Below, piece after piece: positions 1 through 14,116 of a stretch of DNA of 64,000 nucleotides (its first letter is position 1; the number at the start of each line of letters is the position of its first letter). The position numbers and the translations under genes were made by a program. Below the pieces are notes generated by a model, which was not told the origin of the DNA, made no database searches, and was given only the letters and a program-made list of their open reading frames with translations. Source of the DNA: Octopus vulgaris (taxonomy: Eukaryota). The stretch is taken from assembly GCA_951406725.2 (NCBI GenBank), contig OX597820.1, positions 60,822,001 through 60,886,000 on the forward strand, written 5' to 3'.

Positions 1-395
1 ACTATTTCTACCTCGCCTTTTCTTTCTCTTTCCTGCAAATCTCTCATTTCTGTCCATTGTCTTTATTTCAGATTCCTGCTCCACCTTTCTTAATCAATGC
101 TAAAGAGAATACACAACACTCTGGATCTTAATCATCTGCAGATTTCTCTTGCTATAAACTTCAAAATTTCTGTTATTCCTCTCTCCATCCTTCTTCCTGA
201 CTATATGTTTATCCTGTAACTAAATCAATTATTTTCTATTCACACGGCCCAGCATTCTGTTACTAATCTTTCTTCAGTATCCAATCCGCCAGTAATTATC
301 CCAAAACAATATCACCGAATTCACTATTTCAAATAATTATGGATGTTGCCTCTATTTCTACTTCCTAGTTTCAAAGACTTGGCTTTCTGTTTGCA
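1..395 (-). mobile_element. Highly degenerate LINE fragment, probably RTE-like (post-RT region)
   Basis: Purine-rich minus strand with broken coding-like segments; no intact frame. Confidence 0.3.
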
Positions 396-429
396 TTTAT
401 TCCCGCCCCGTCTCTATATTTCTCTCCCA

Positions 430-603
430 CTCACACATACAAATGCACATATAAATGCAATTACAAACACATATAAAGCATTTGCACACACTTGCACATA
501 GACACATATATATATATATGCATATATGAATGCTTCTATGTATGAATGAAGATAGGTGTGTATGAATACACACACACACACATATATACATAAATGTGTA
601 CAC

Positions 604-656
<53 letters not shown>

Positions 657-759
657 TGTGTGTGTGTGTGTGTATGTATGTTAATATATATATATATATA
701 TATATACATGCACACACACAGTTATACATATATAAACATATATACATAAATGTGTACAC

Positions 760-805
<46 letters not shown>
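430..805. repeat. Compound (CA)n/(TA)n/(TG)n microsatellite
   Basis: Dinucleotide runs directly visible. Confidence 0.95.
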
Positions 806-806
<1 letters not shown>

Positions 807-837
807 AATTTATAATCTATCTATATATTCTTTCATT

Positions 838-1213
838 TTTTTACTTGTTTCAGTCATGCGACACCGGCCATGCTGGAGCACCGCCTTGAAGGGGTTTTAT
901 TGTCGAACCAATGAACCCCAGGTCTTATTTTTTAAAGCCTAGTGCTTATTCTATCAGTCTCTTAGGCTAAACTGCTAAGTTACGGGGACATAAACACACC
1001 AACACCGGTTGTCAAGCAGTGATGCGGGAACTAACACAAACACAAGGAACACACACATAAGACGGGCTTCTTTCAGTTTCCGTCTCAGCAAATCCATTCA
1101 TAAGGCTTCAACCGGCTTGAGGCTATAGTAGAAGACAATTGCCCAAGGTACAACGCAGTGGGACTGAACCCAGAACCATATAGTTGAGAAGCGTGCTTTT
1201 TACCACACAGCCA
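838..1213 (-). mobile_element. tRNA-headed SINE, family A (local label)
   Basis: Reverse complement of the 31484-31892 copy, including the GGCGGTGCTCCAGCATGGCC...GACTGAAACAAGTAAAA tail. Confidence 0.85.
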
Positions 1214-1216
1214 AAA

Positions 1217-1450
1217 CAAAATCTCATTTACAATGGCCATATTTGAAGAAACTCAGGTTTGGAAACCATTATCATGGAAAGAAGAATAGAGTGCAGTAAA
1301 TCAAGAGGAGAGCAAAGAAGGAATTGGTGGACAATATCAAGGGATGGTTGGACAAAGAGTGGTAAGGTAGTTGGAGAATTCGCGCTTAATCGGGAAGATT
1401 TTCGTTGTAATGTCGTCAAGGTGCAGCAGTTGTAATGTCGTCAAGGTGTA
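1217..1450 (+). mobile_element. RTE-clade LINE 3' fragment
   Basis: Frameshifted GHI..GLETIIME.RIE..KSRG.QRRNW.DNIKGW, typical of the RTE C-terminus. Confidence 0.6.
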
Positions 1451-1465
1451 CACTACATGACTACA

Positions 1466-1579
1466 ACATATATATACATACATGCATACACACATAAATA
1501 AATACATACACACATACATACATACATACATACACACATACATACATACATACATACATACATAAATACATACATACAT

Positions 1580-1610
<31 letters not shown>

Positions 1611-1886
1611 TATATACATACATATATACATACGTACATACATACAAACATACATATATACATACATACACACATACATACATACATACATACATACATA
1701 CATGCATGCATACATACATGCATACATACATACATACAGACAGACAAACATATATACGTACATATATACATACGTACACACATACAAACATACATACGTA
1801 CATACATACATACATACATACATACATACATACATACATACATACATACATACATACATACATACATACATACATACATACATACA
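1466..1886. repeat. (TACA)n microsatellite, 5' flank of R4/Dong-like element
   Basis: Tetranucleotide run with CAGA interruptions. Confidence 0.95.
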
Positions 1887-4800
1887 TAATAGCGCTGTCA
1901 ACATCGGACGTGCAGGGATAGAGGACCATTTCAAAATGCCGTTTTGAACGCCTTCTTCTAGAAATATGCTGACTTCTCCAGCCTAAATCGGTAACTGTTT
2001 TATTTCTTCAACAATTAATAAGAGAAAAACATTTTACTCGCCAACAGATTTCAAAATATACATCTACACCACGTGGAATTTATCTAACGCGATTATGGCT
2101 GAAACTAACAAAGTGACCACCGATGAAAACAGAACTACTCCACCAGTAAGTTATTTAAAACGACGTAAGAACTCTTCTCATTTTACTTGGGCTCAACAAG
2201 TAAACTAAGATTTACTTTGGTGCTATGAAAAAGCCCAAGATAACCCTTCAATCGGATAGATGAAGCGGTCAAGACAATACTGGGACGAAGTTCCTCCAAA
2301 CTTAAATACCTTCACGAAGAAACAGCTCCGACAACAAGCATCTTTTCTGAAACACAAATCAACTGGTCCTTGATCCCCCCAAAACACTAAAAACGGGTCA
2401 AAATCTGCCAGAAGCGGCGTAAAAAATCATGTAAACAAATCACCGCTCCTGCCATCATTAAATTCGAGTGTGTCCCCAAATTCAGCTGACTCAGTAGCGG
2501 AGAGTGCGGACTACATCCAACTCAAAAACATTCAAAAACTTTGCTACTTTCTCGAAGCTTTTATTGAGCATCAGACTATTCCCAACAAGAGAGAGAGCGA
2601 AAACCCGACTGATCTAATATTTAAGGTTATCAACGATGTTGCTGGAGAGCACATGGAATCATGCGATGTTTATTACTGGAATATTAATACTCTTATGTAC
2701 GCAGCCGCTATTACTCTTAAAAAACACTTTGGAGAAATCTACAGGGAACAAAGTAACGAAATTACTAAACGGAAACAACCTAGTTGGAAAACAAATTTTG
2801 AAAAAAAAAACATCAACAACGTGCGCCGCCATATTGGATGGTTAATTAGAACAATAAAATGTAAGGAGAAAAATGAGCTTACACGTCACCAACTCAACCT
2901 TAGATAAGAATTAATGAAACTTAAAATATTACCATTAATAAAGCTCCCTCCCAAGAAGATCTGAAATCATTCTGGTCATAAATTTGAAAGGAAAAGGATT
3001 TCAACCTGAATGCATCATGGTTAAATATAACTGAGAGAGAATACTGCACCAACACTAACAGTAAAACATACAAAATTGATGCAGAAACCTTCGCTATAGC
3101 AATAGGCAAACTACAGAATAGGAAGGCACCTGGAAAGGACCTAATAGCTGGATATTGGTACAAGAAACTGACATTTTCTAGAAACCAATTGATATGTATT
3201 TTCAAAAATACTATGGGAGGTCAGACCGATATACTAAATCGGCTTGCAACAGCAAGGACGAATTCTGTTGCCAAAAATGAAACCACCGAGATGGCAGGAA
3301 ACTACAGGCCCATTGCTTGCCTAAACATTATATACAAACTGTACACAAGTTACCTCAACTAATTCCTCCAGGACCATTGTGAGTCGAACAACATTGTGAC
3401 TGATGAACAGGCTGGTAGAAAGAAGGAAGTGTGGGGATGTGCCTAATAACTTTTAATAAACAAAGCTGTATTATATGAAGTAAGAAAACAACGCAGAAAT
3501 CTTGTGGCATAATGATTTGACTATAGGAAGACATTCAATTCTATCCCTCATTCATGGCTGTTGAAGTACCTACACCCCGCAAAGGTACCTACTACTTTAA
3601 TTGCTGCTATAGAGAGAAACTCACAAAGACAACTATTCTAACCCTTACTATTCTTGCCCTTACAAGTGAGAACAGAATAATTGTTTCTAATAGTATAGGA
3701 ATTACAAAGGGAATATTCCAGGGTGATAGTTTTTCTGTACTTCTTTTCATTTTGGCATTGAATTCATTATTGTTCCTACTACAGGAAACAAAAAGTTACA
3801 TGCTAGGATCTTCAACTGCCAGAAATACCAATGTAACTCATAATTTCTTTGTAGACAACCTGAAGATTTATTCTAAAAGTGTTAACAATGCCAACAAATT
3901 AGTTTTACCTAAGAAGAAATTAAGGTGGCAGAGGCCTGAGATCAGTGCAGCACCTGCTAAACAACAGCAGCGAAAATAAATATGTTAATGTAGTCCTGAA
4001 AAGTGAAGTGAGCAACATTGTATGAGTTGGCTGTGAACTCCTCAAGAAGCACTCTCTTCTTGATGATCTATATAGCCCCAAAACAGCCGGGCTCTCTTAC
4101 CTCAGAGAAGACCTGGATGGAAAACACTCAGCATACAAAAACAAAAAGACCATGCATGGGCGTGTTGCCCGGAAGCTTGAAGAAGACAGTAGAAATGACA
4201 CAATGCGTAGCCTCTCTTGGACACAAGACCACTACATCGCATTACACTTTGAAGGCTGTGCATTGCAATCCAGGAACAGGCGATTGCCACAAAGTACCTG
4301 GTAAACAAGAGAGACAGTGATGCTCTTGTAATACCAAGGTGCAAACACTTGTATAGGCTATGTAATGTTTCTGTGGAAGACATTACGCATGTGATTAGCA
4401 GCTGTCCTAAAATGTCACGGTACTACCCACCTATGCTGCACGAGATTGTTGCTAAAACAATTTACAATGCCATCCGCAAAAAAGACTGTTCTGAAATAAA
4501 CTTAGAAAATCCCTATGTTATGGAATGTATATTAACACCAACTCAAGGAATACTGGTGGAATATTCCCATCAAAATTCTGTCAAACGTAAGCATGATAGG
4601 CCAGATATTGTTGTTTGGGACAGATGGGCAAAGGTATGTACCATCATAGAGATTAGCTGCCCTACAGATATAAATATTTCTTTAAAAATCTAAGAAAAGG
4701 AGGATATCTACGGACAACTGCTTCAAAACCTCCAGCTTCTATAACCATACTATGAATTCATACTCATACCGATAATAATTGAAGTATTACGTTTTGTTAG

Positions 4801-5028
4801 TAAATGCTTAAAGGAGAATCTGGATAAACTGGAATTTTGAGAAATAGAAACTGACCGGCTGATTCGTACAATCTGTGAGTGGAACAGTAAAAATATGCAA
4901 GACTTTTCTTAAGTTCCAAATGTGAATTTGTCTGTGTTAACTACATTCCAAAGATGGAGCCTTGTATTTTGATGGAAACTAGCTCCCTCCTCAGTGGAAA
5001 ATTTATAATAATTACAAAATAGAAGAGA
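1887..5028 (+). mobile_element. Near-full-length but decayed R4/Dong-like non-LTR retrotransposon (RT + CCHC + restriction-like endonuclease)
   Basis: Motifs in order, broken by stops and frameshifts: N-terminal W..VN.DL..CY..A...G.MKR...W (~2190-2290), NYRPIACLNIIYKLYTS (~3300), GIFQGDSFSVLLFILALN (~3710), HNFFVDNLK (~3840), RLCNVSVEDITHVISSC (~4355), RPDIVVWD..IIEISCP (~4600). Flanked by (TACA)n on both sides. Confidence 0.9.
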
Positions 5029-5288
5029 CGTACATACATACATACATACATACACATACATACATACATACATACATACATACATACATACATACATACA
5101 TACATACATACATACATACATACATACACACATACATACATACATACATACATACATACATACATACATACATACATACATACATACATACATACATACA
5201 TACATACATACATACATACATACATACATACATACATACATACATACATACATACATACATACATACATACATACATACATACGTACA
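5029..5288. repeat. (TACA)n microsatellite, 3' flank of R4/Dong-like element
   Basis: Nearly pure tetranucleotide run. Confidence 0.95.
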
Positions 5289-5639
5289 TGTGTGTGGAAA
5301 AGTAAGAGTCCAGGTCGATGTAATGGTGGAATAATTAGAGCTTCGGACGGAATGCCTAGCAGCATCTGTTTCTACTCTGTGTTTTTTGGGAGCAATATTT
5401 GTTCCATCTCTTGTACCAAGATGTATCGGCATTGCTTTTCCTTCGGCAATATCTGTGGTGTAGATAGGGATGACTAGCAATCATAGACAACTGTTGATCT
5501 TTCCTTGTCCAGGTTTGAGATAAACCTTGAAGCTGCCGATACTCAGACTGTCTATTTTAGGTGAAAATTGACATTATATGTGTGTAGGAGTTGGAGAGTG
5601 AGAAATACGTAGCCGAAGAGATAAGAACCCACAGTAAGG

Positions 5640-6200
5640 TAGAGGTCATTGTCACTCATAATATGAAAAAAATACTGGTGGAATGTCTCCGTGAAAACTT
5701 CAATAAACTGTAAACATAATAGACCAGACATAGTGATTTGGGACTGAGAAGAGAAACCGTCTACAGTTGCAGAAATCAGCTGTCCAACGGAATATCAGCA
5801 AAAGACAAAACACCTACGCTCAACCAGTGAGGAACTTATAGTTGCTCTGCCCTGATTAAAGTTCAAGTTTATAACAAACTGCCTTAGCAGTAATCTTGAG
5901 AAATTAGCCTTCTCAAAACCAGAAAGGAGAAAACTAAATAGAAGTTTACAGATTCAAGCCATCAATGAAGAGGTGTAAAAACTTTACAGAAGTTTAGTAT
6001 TTAAATATATATGCGCATGTTTAAACTTGGAAATGTATGTATGAGAATACATACATAAAACAACACATACACACAAACATGCGCAAATACCCTGCTGACG
6101 TTATTGGAGTTCTAATAAAGGAGTCTTGGTTTAGGCTAGAAACTGGCTCTTTCTCTGTTGACAAGATATCTTAAAATAAAACTAAATATAACATATATAC
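5640..6200 (+). mobile_element. 3' fragment of R4/Dong-like element (endonuclease + 3'UTR)
   Basis: YWWNVSVKTSINCKHNRPDIVIWD at ~5675-5745; 3'UTR matches the reverse complement of 36752-36860. Confidence 0.75.
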
Positions 6201-6257
6201 ACATGTGCAAATAAACATGTAACTAGGATAGGCTTTGGACATTATAGACCTGAGTCA

Positions 6258-6660
6258 TCTTTTATCTTTTACTTGTTTCAGTTAGTGAACTTCGACCATA
6301 CTTTGGCATTACCTTGATGGGTTTAGTCGAACAAATCGACACCGTTTCCTTTTATCAAAATCTAATAATTAGTTTTATCGGTTCCTTTTGCTGAATCGCT
6401 ATGGTTAATGGGACTAAGCAAACCAACACCGGTTTTCAAGCGATGAGCGTGAGACAAATGTGAACACAAAGATGGTCACATATTTACGTATATACCCACA
6501 CATGTATACAGAATACATATGAGGGGGTTTCTGCACAGTTTCTCTCATAAGGCTTTGGTCAGCTGCTGGTTACAGCTGGAAGCATTCGCTTAAGCCGCAA
6601 CGCAGTAGGGCTGAACTCGAAACCGCACTTTTGCAAGGAATCTTCTTAACCACACCGTTA
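6258..6660 (-). mobile_element. Degenerate SINE family A
   Basis: Similar to the reverse complement of 31484-31892 throughout. Confidence 0.7.
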
Positions 6661-7469
6661 ATAGCACCTCTTGGTGTAGTGTTTTAAGTCATGTTTTGGG
6701 TTATTGTACTCGTCTCGAATTGGAAGCTGTTATTTGCCAAAATGTATACAAATGTCGGCGTTTTGTTTGGCATTTTTTGGGAAGGACGTGTTCAGATACT
6801 GCTTAAATGCAATGGGCTTTCTGCTTCTTATTTAGTTTCTTTCAGAGTGATATTGAATAAAGCAGGTCCAGTCGAGATAAAGAAAGTAGGAGACTAATGA
6901 AAGTGTGTTTAATTTTTGGTAATTAGTGTTTTTGGTGCCAGCATGATTTGGACATGTTGATGGAACATTTTCTGCAATGCACACACGGCAGCTTTTGAAA
7001 GAATAGATTTGAGCGTTTTGAGGCGATCTCTATGTCTGTCATGCCATTATTTACATTGTTTTTTGTCACTGGCATCTGGAGCGATCCATTGTCAATTTTT
7101 ACTGTTGTTGTTGTATAGGGAGATCACAGTGGGTAGCAGTTATAAAGGTGAAACCTAGCAAACGCAAAGAAGATAAGTGTTATGTGATCTTCATTTCTCT
7201 GTAACAACCATTGATAATGATATTGAAAAATGTGCGCAACTGCGTGAGCTACAAGGATCTCACTGAATAAATACAGTAAATAAGATGTATTTAGATACAT
7301 ATTGTAATTTTGCTAAAGAATTATATTTTTGTGTTCAAAGTAGTCATTTTTTTAGAAATTATTAATTTTTTGGGTGACGGTAGAAAATTTTCTGTTTTTT
7401 TTTATGCGCATTGCATTAGAAAAAATAATGTTTTCTTACAAATGGCTGTTTTATTGAGTCTACAAGATA

Positions 7470-7853
7470 CAGGATGTTCAAAAAGTCTCTCCGCAGTAAG
7501 TATTTTATTGCAAAATAAATATTTATAAGATGGTATAAGACTACAAAAGAATTTTAAAATCTTATAAGAAGTGTTGAATGTGTCGTCCTTCATTTTCAAT
7601 ACATAAGTCGACTTTTCTACACCTGTTTTGAAATACATCTTGGAGAGTCTGACGCGGTATGGACCGTGTAAAGGTTATGATTGCGTCTTTTAGCTCATTA
7701 ATGGTTTTCGGGCGATTCTTGTACACTGATCCTTACTTGCTCCCCAGAAAAAAGTCTGGCGGATTTAAATCAGGTGATCTTAGTGGCCAAAGTCCCTTCG
7801 AAATAATCCGTTCATCGAAAAATTCACCGCGGAGAAATTTTTTGAACACCCTT
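7470..7853 (-). mobile_element. Internally deleted Tc1/mariner (DD37D-like) element
   Basis: TA-flanked TIRs CAGGATGTTCAAAAAGTCTCTCCGC / GCGGAGAAATTTTTTGAACACCCTT; minus strand encodes GLWPLRSPDLNPPDFFL...VYKNRPKTINELKDAI...LCIENEGRHIQHFL*. Confidence 0.85.
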
Positions 7854-7925
7854 TACTTTTACCTTCGTGTAATAGAGCAAAAGAAAGTAAAAGTGAATTA
7901 ATAAACTCTAATATTTTTATGGGGT

Positions 7926-8122
7926 TTAAGGCGGAGAAATGGCAAAAATCTTTAGCACACCGGGAAAAGTGCTTAGCAGCATTTCTTCCGACTGTGAGTT
8001 GAGTCCGAATGCGGCTGGGGTCGACTTTGCCTTTTGGGCTTGATAAAATAAGTACCATTTGAACACTAGAGTCAATCGAATTGACTTACCCTAATTGCCA
8101 ATCTTGCGCCAAAATTTGAAAT
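7926..8122 (+). mobile_element. SINE family C (GGCGGCGAGCT...GTCGACTTTGCCTTT...GATAAAATAAGTACC)
   Basis: Matches copies at 18120, 23239, 35783 and 61290. Confidence 0.75.
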
Positions 8123-9058
8123 CAATATTTTTATGGAGTTTATTACGTTAATGATAGAAATATGTTTATTTATTGTTATATATTTTCTTTCAATATTTGT
8201 TTTCCATACCAATTGCTAATTTTTAAATAGTCATAGTAATAAATTTCATTATGATAAAACTCATTTAAAACAATTAATAATTAACGTTTTGTTAGTTTTA
8301 CAAATTTTATTTTCATTAGAGGTTTTGGATTTTTTCGAAGCTGCCTGTTTCTACTATTAATTATTTATTACAAAATTGAATTTTTTCATTAATAATGCCT
8401 TGGGGGCCACAAAAAAAATTAAAGATTCTAAGAGGGACCATGAGGTAAAAAAAAATGGCTGGAAACCAGTGATATATATCATAATGTCCCTAAACCACAT
8501 TATAGTAATATCATTAACTGGTGTATGTCTGAAAACAATGATTCGAAAGTAAAAACATAATCTATTTTTTGATATTCAACCAATTCTGGTTAAAGAGCAG
8601 TGTTTGATTTCATTTAGTTTTCCATAAGTAATCAATGGTGCACAGCATCCAGGAACTGCATTATACCTGAACGATGCATCAGTCGAAGGACCATTGAAAT
8701 CCTTCGCCTTCAAAAATGAAACATCTAGCTTGGAATGGTTGCTGTGTTGCTATTCACCATAATTATACAACAATGACCAACCAATGAGAGAATGTCATTT
8801 AACCTTCTAAAAATATATGCGAAAATGGCTTTCAAATCAGTCTAGCATATTTTTAAAAAATAACAAGGACACAAATTTGATGCTGTAATCCTGATATAAT
8901 TGTAAATATAAGATGGGGTAGTCATACGAGGGGCACAAAAGACACCTATAGAGTAACTACCAGACTTTAAAAAGAGAAAAAGTACTGGGGTCGATACATT
9001 CGACTAAAATTTTAAGGCGGTACCCCAGCATGGCCGCAGTTAAACGACTGAAACAAGT

Positions 9059-9444
9059 TGGATTGGAAGCACTCCGTCGGTTACGACGATGAGGGTTCCG
9101 GTTGATCCGAATCAACGGAACAGCCTGCTCGTGAAATTAACGTGTAAGTGGCTGAGCACTCCACAGACACGTGTACCCTTAACGTAGTTCTCGGGGATAT
9201 TCAGCGTGACACAGAGAGTGACAAGGCCAGCCCTTTGAAATACAGGTACAACAGAAACAGGAAGTAAGAGAAAGTTGTGGTGAAAGAGTACAACAGGGAT
9301 CACCACCATCCCCTGCCAGAGCCTCGTGGAGCTTTAGGTGTTTTCGCTCAATAAACATTCACAACTCCCGGTCTAGGAATCGAAACCGCGATCCTATGAC
9401 CGCGAGTCCGCTGCCCTAACCACTGGGCCATTGCGTCTCCACTT
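9059..9444 (-). mobile_element. tRNA-headed SINE family B, full length, inserted into a family A tail
   Basis: Minus-strand head with A box TGGCCCAGTGG and B box GGTTTCGATTCC; 11-bp TSD CTGAAACAAGT at 9048-9058 and 9445-9455; very close match to 22588-22974. Confidence 0.9.
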
Positions 9445-9597
9445 CTGAAACAAGTAAAAGATAAACGATAAAAGATACCTATGTGTTAGAATAGACGTTT
9501 AAGGTTTGCATTCCATTGTAGGCTATTGTTGTTGTTTAACTCCGGGTCAGTCTTGATCATGCAGATCTATGAATCTATGATCAAAGGTTCTTCAGCA

Positions 9598-9850
9598 AGC
9601 ATAATTTCATTGTAATGTTATGTGCCCTGTTCGATTTCGGTAGTGAGCGGATAGCACGGGGACCAAGTCTTGGATGGATTTTAAAATTGATGCCAACATC
9701 ATTTGTGCAATATTGATGGAATATTTTCCACATCACACAAATGATTTGACGCTCCTGAGATTTTTTAGTCGACCCCAATAGTCAATGCCTCTCACACCGT
9801 CTATCTTTCTTGTTTTTGACCTCTGGAGTGCTTCCACTTTCATAATGAGT
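9598..9850 (-). mobile_element. CR1-group LINE 3' fragment
   Basis: Partial, internally deleted copy of 11370-11630. Confidence 0.75.
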
Positions 9851-10429
9851 TATGAAATATGTAGAGTAAGATTTTAGGGAGATTTTACTGCTATCTAGCA
9901 AGACTAGATATCACATAAAGGCTTCTACATTAACTCATTAGATTCTAGGTATACATGATGCTATGCCACTTCAAGCCACTATGAGAACAGCTACAGCTGA
10001 AACTAAGAGTAAATGAAGCTGGATTGATTGGTGAGAACCTGAAGTGTACATGCACTCCTCTCTATAGCATCGAAGGTGTAATTTATGTGAAGGGCGAGAA
10101 TTGACATTGTAGAATAAATTCTCTCTCCCTCTCTTTGTGCCTTCCTTTAACCTCACCATCAGAACATCACCTCTCTACTAAAATAATATTTTTAATTCTC
10201 CTCAACCTTCAACTAACTTTCATAACAACGTAATAAATATTACGTTCTCCTTATTTCACGTCATGGACGCTTCTCTCTCCTCTTTTCCTTACTCCCTCTT
10301 TCTCGCTCAGTTTTCGCCTAATCCACTTTTTCTATCTCCTTTTTCTTTCTCCTCACTTTCCCTTCAATTAATCACGTGAAAGCGTTACCGATGGGCCAAG
10401 TAACGCAATGAAAAGCAGAATTATTATAC

Positions 10430-10538
<109 letters not shown>

Positions 10539-10793
10539 TGATTATATATTATTATATAGTAATTATTCATTTTTATACTTTTATACTTTTATACTTTTAT
10601 ACTAGTTATATGTTTTATAAAAAAATATTTTATTTTTTATTTATGATTTCGTTTATGTTTATCATTGCTTGAATTGAATAATAGTGTTTTTTCTCTAATT
10701 TATATATTATATATTTATATTGTGAAATTTGATTTAATACTAAATTGAATTTTTCACTGTATATACTTCCTAATGTTGTTGTTGTTGTTGTTG

Positions 10794-10867
<74 letters not shown>

Positions 10868-10879
10868 TATATTCAATAT

Positions 10880-11090
10880 GTGACCTCGTGAGTATCGCTG
10901 GCGATTTTTTTCCTCTGTCTTCCCTTCTCGGGATCTTTCCTTTTCCTATGTTTCCGACGAAGAGCTCCGCTCGAAACGTTAAACCCTCATTCTTCCCTTC
11001 TTTCCTGAGCGTCCAATAATACTTTATTTGTTCTACGTCCTCGCGTTGTTGTGTTTTTTTGTTTTTGTGTTTCTTGTTTGGATTAACTTT
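10880..11090 (+). mobile_element. Penelope-like terminal-repeat fragment with minimal hammerhead motif (10950-10984)
   Basis: GTTT-CCGACGA-A-GAGC tcc GCTC-GAAA-CG-TT-AAAC; homologous to 24029-24222 and 19365-19548. Confidence 0.65.
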
Positions 11091-11104
11091 ATATATGATA
11101 ACTC

Positions 11105-11715
11105 TGACATGTTTCGGCCAGTATAGGCCCAGGGCATGTCTAACTAGTGAAATATTTTAGTCATATATGGGGCACCATGGTCCACTCTAGCAAAGAATTA
11201 TTATTGTTGGAAACATATCCGGGTGTTGGAGATTGCTCTGGATTTTTTGAAGAAATTTGTCCAATGAACTTTTGAATTTTATGGGATACGTTTCAGCTTT
11301 GACGTATTTTGGTATGGTATTAAAGACAGCCAGAGAAGTTGGGGTAAAGTTGTTGTGACGTAATGTTATGTGCCCTGGGTTCGATTTTGGTAGTGGGCGG
11401 ATAGCACGGGGACCAAGTCTTGGATGGATTTTAAAATTGATGCCAGCATCATTTGTGCAATATTGATGGAATATTTTCCACATCACACAAATGATGTAAC
11501 GCTCCTGGCGGCGTTGGAGGGAGTAGAGATTGAGTTTTTTTTTAGTCGACCCCAATAGTCAATGCCTCTCATACCGTCTATCTTTCTTGTTATTGACCTC
11601 TGGAGTGTTTCCACTTTCATAATGAGTTGCTTCGTATGGGGAGACCACAGTGGACAACAGTATGCAAGGTGGGGTCGGGCAAAAGTAGAGTAAAGAAAGA
11701 TGATGGTGTAGGCAT
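11105..11715 (-). mobile_element. CR1-group LINE 3' end (post-RT region + 3'UTR)
   Basis: [20 protein letters not shown]...[16 protein letters not shown] / KKLNLYSLQRRQERY...FKSSLDKFL, a CR1/Jockey-group C-terminal signature. Confidence 0.85.
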
Positions 11716-11729
11716 CTATACATATAAAA

Positions 11730-12302
<573 letters not shown>

Positions 12303-13867
12303 CACACACACACCCGTACATAAATACAAATCGCATGTCGAATGAGCGACGGGGCTCGACCTGGTTGATCGACCTGTTAGAAATAGCAGCCAAAAATATC
12401 TTCTATACCATCTTACTATCTTAAAGGAAGAAGGATATGCAAATGTAGATTTACTAACCCGCGGGAAAAAAAGAAGACGTCTGATCGAGCTTTGAACACC
12501 GTTGATAATAAACGTCCTCGATAACGACTGATCAGAAGTTAAGCAAGAAAGATAACAATAACGGCACATGCACTGCACATGACTCAAAGACAGCCGCTCA
12601 TTACATACACATACACATGCAATTGCTTACACTTGAATGCAATTCACACTTAATATATAGCAACTCACCTCATGCAGAAACTCATAAAACTATTGAAATT
12701 GTTCAACTGCAATGCCAACACCCACCCACATGCTAACGTTATACAAACGCGGAAAATGCTGCATGCGAACACACGAACACAACCAGCAAGCATGTGCATG
12801 TACAGTTGGTGCGGAAAGACAATTGCTGTGGGCACACACTGCATGTACCCGGGTATATTGACACCACACTCTTTAACAGTACGTAGAAATAAAACAAAAC
12901 TGAGCTCTTTTACTCAATACGCGGATACCAAAGTCAAATCCTAACTGAGAAACAGTCAGTTCCTATGATTATTTTGATCAGAATCCGTTCTAACCTCTAT
13001 GGCAATCTCCATTTCTTGCTCCGCCTAGCATAAACGCCCCTTTTAATAATCTCCTAGCGTCTCCACTACCATTTTACATCTATTTCATGCAAGATCGGCA
13101 TTGTTTTCTCCGTCTTTTCGTTATTTGATTTGTTTTCAGGTCTTTTTAGAAATAGTTTTCCGTTATTGTTCCTCTAATAAATTGTCTAAACATATAATCT
13201 AATAATCTTTTTTTTTTATTTTTTTTTTTTTATAAAATCTTTATTTTGTATTTTAGTTTCGCTTATTACAAAGTCAAAGAGTCGGAAATGTTAATATGAT
13301 GAAAGAAATCTTAAAACAAAACAAACAAAAACGAAAGAAAAAGGAATGGATAAGACAACATAGATTATAGGGTTAAACTGAAAAGATGAAGAAGGCGGTT
13401 TTGATTTGATGGCAAATACTGGATCTTTCATTATACCACCATCTCTAATCATTTCGAACATCTTTTTCTTCTTATTCTCTACTTCTTTTTCAAGCAAACA
13501 TTATTATATTTTGGCCCTGTTACAAAAGACAAAGAAAACAAAAGCGAAAAGATAGATGAATAACAGAGTAACATAGAAAACTGCAGAAGACATACCGAAA
13601 AAAATAAAATAAAATAAACGTGCTCCAGCATGGCCGCAGTCAAATGACTGAAACAAGTAAAAGAGTAAAAGAGTAAAGAGTACTATCTCATACTACTTTG
13701 GCATTCATTTATGTATGTATGTATGTATGTATGTATGTATGTATGTATGTATGTATGTATGTATGTATGTATGTATGTATGTATGTATGTATGTATGTAT
13801 GTGTGTGTGTTTATATATATTCTCTCTAGTTTCAGCTGAGAGCTGCGGCCATGCTGATGCACCGCTG

Positions 13868-13907
<40 letters not shown>

Positions 13908-14050
13908 TTGTTCTATGTCATCGTCATTGACGCTTTCATCGTAATCATCGCATCATTATCATTGCTATTAAATATTACAGTTATTTTTCCTTCATCATAA
14001 CTCTTATCGGGGTAATCGTTTCAGCCGGTGTTGATATTACAGTCGTCATT

Positions 14051-14116
<66 letters not shown>

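Noticed and set aside
1887-2095. Expected HDV-like ribozyme at the 5' end of the R4/Dong-like element
   Set aside because: Could not build the nested double pseudoknot by eye; needs a descriptor search.
9365-9442. tRNA-like sequence (also at 11970, 22900, 31484 and other SINE starts)
   Set aside because: These are SINE heads continuing into repeat bodies; no complete acceptor stem or terminator.
11103-11135. Half hammerhead on the minus strand (GGCC tatact GGCC-GAAA-CATG-TC)
   Set aside because: No CUGANGA upstream; more simply the 3' stem-loop of the CR1-like LINE.
13291-13497. 68-aa ORF with hydrophobic C-terminus
   Set aside because: TTG start preceded by in-frame stops; the hydrophobicity comes from T-rich low-complexity DNA.
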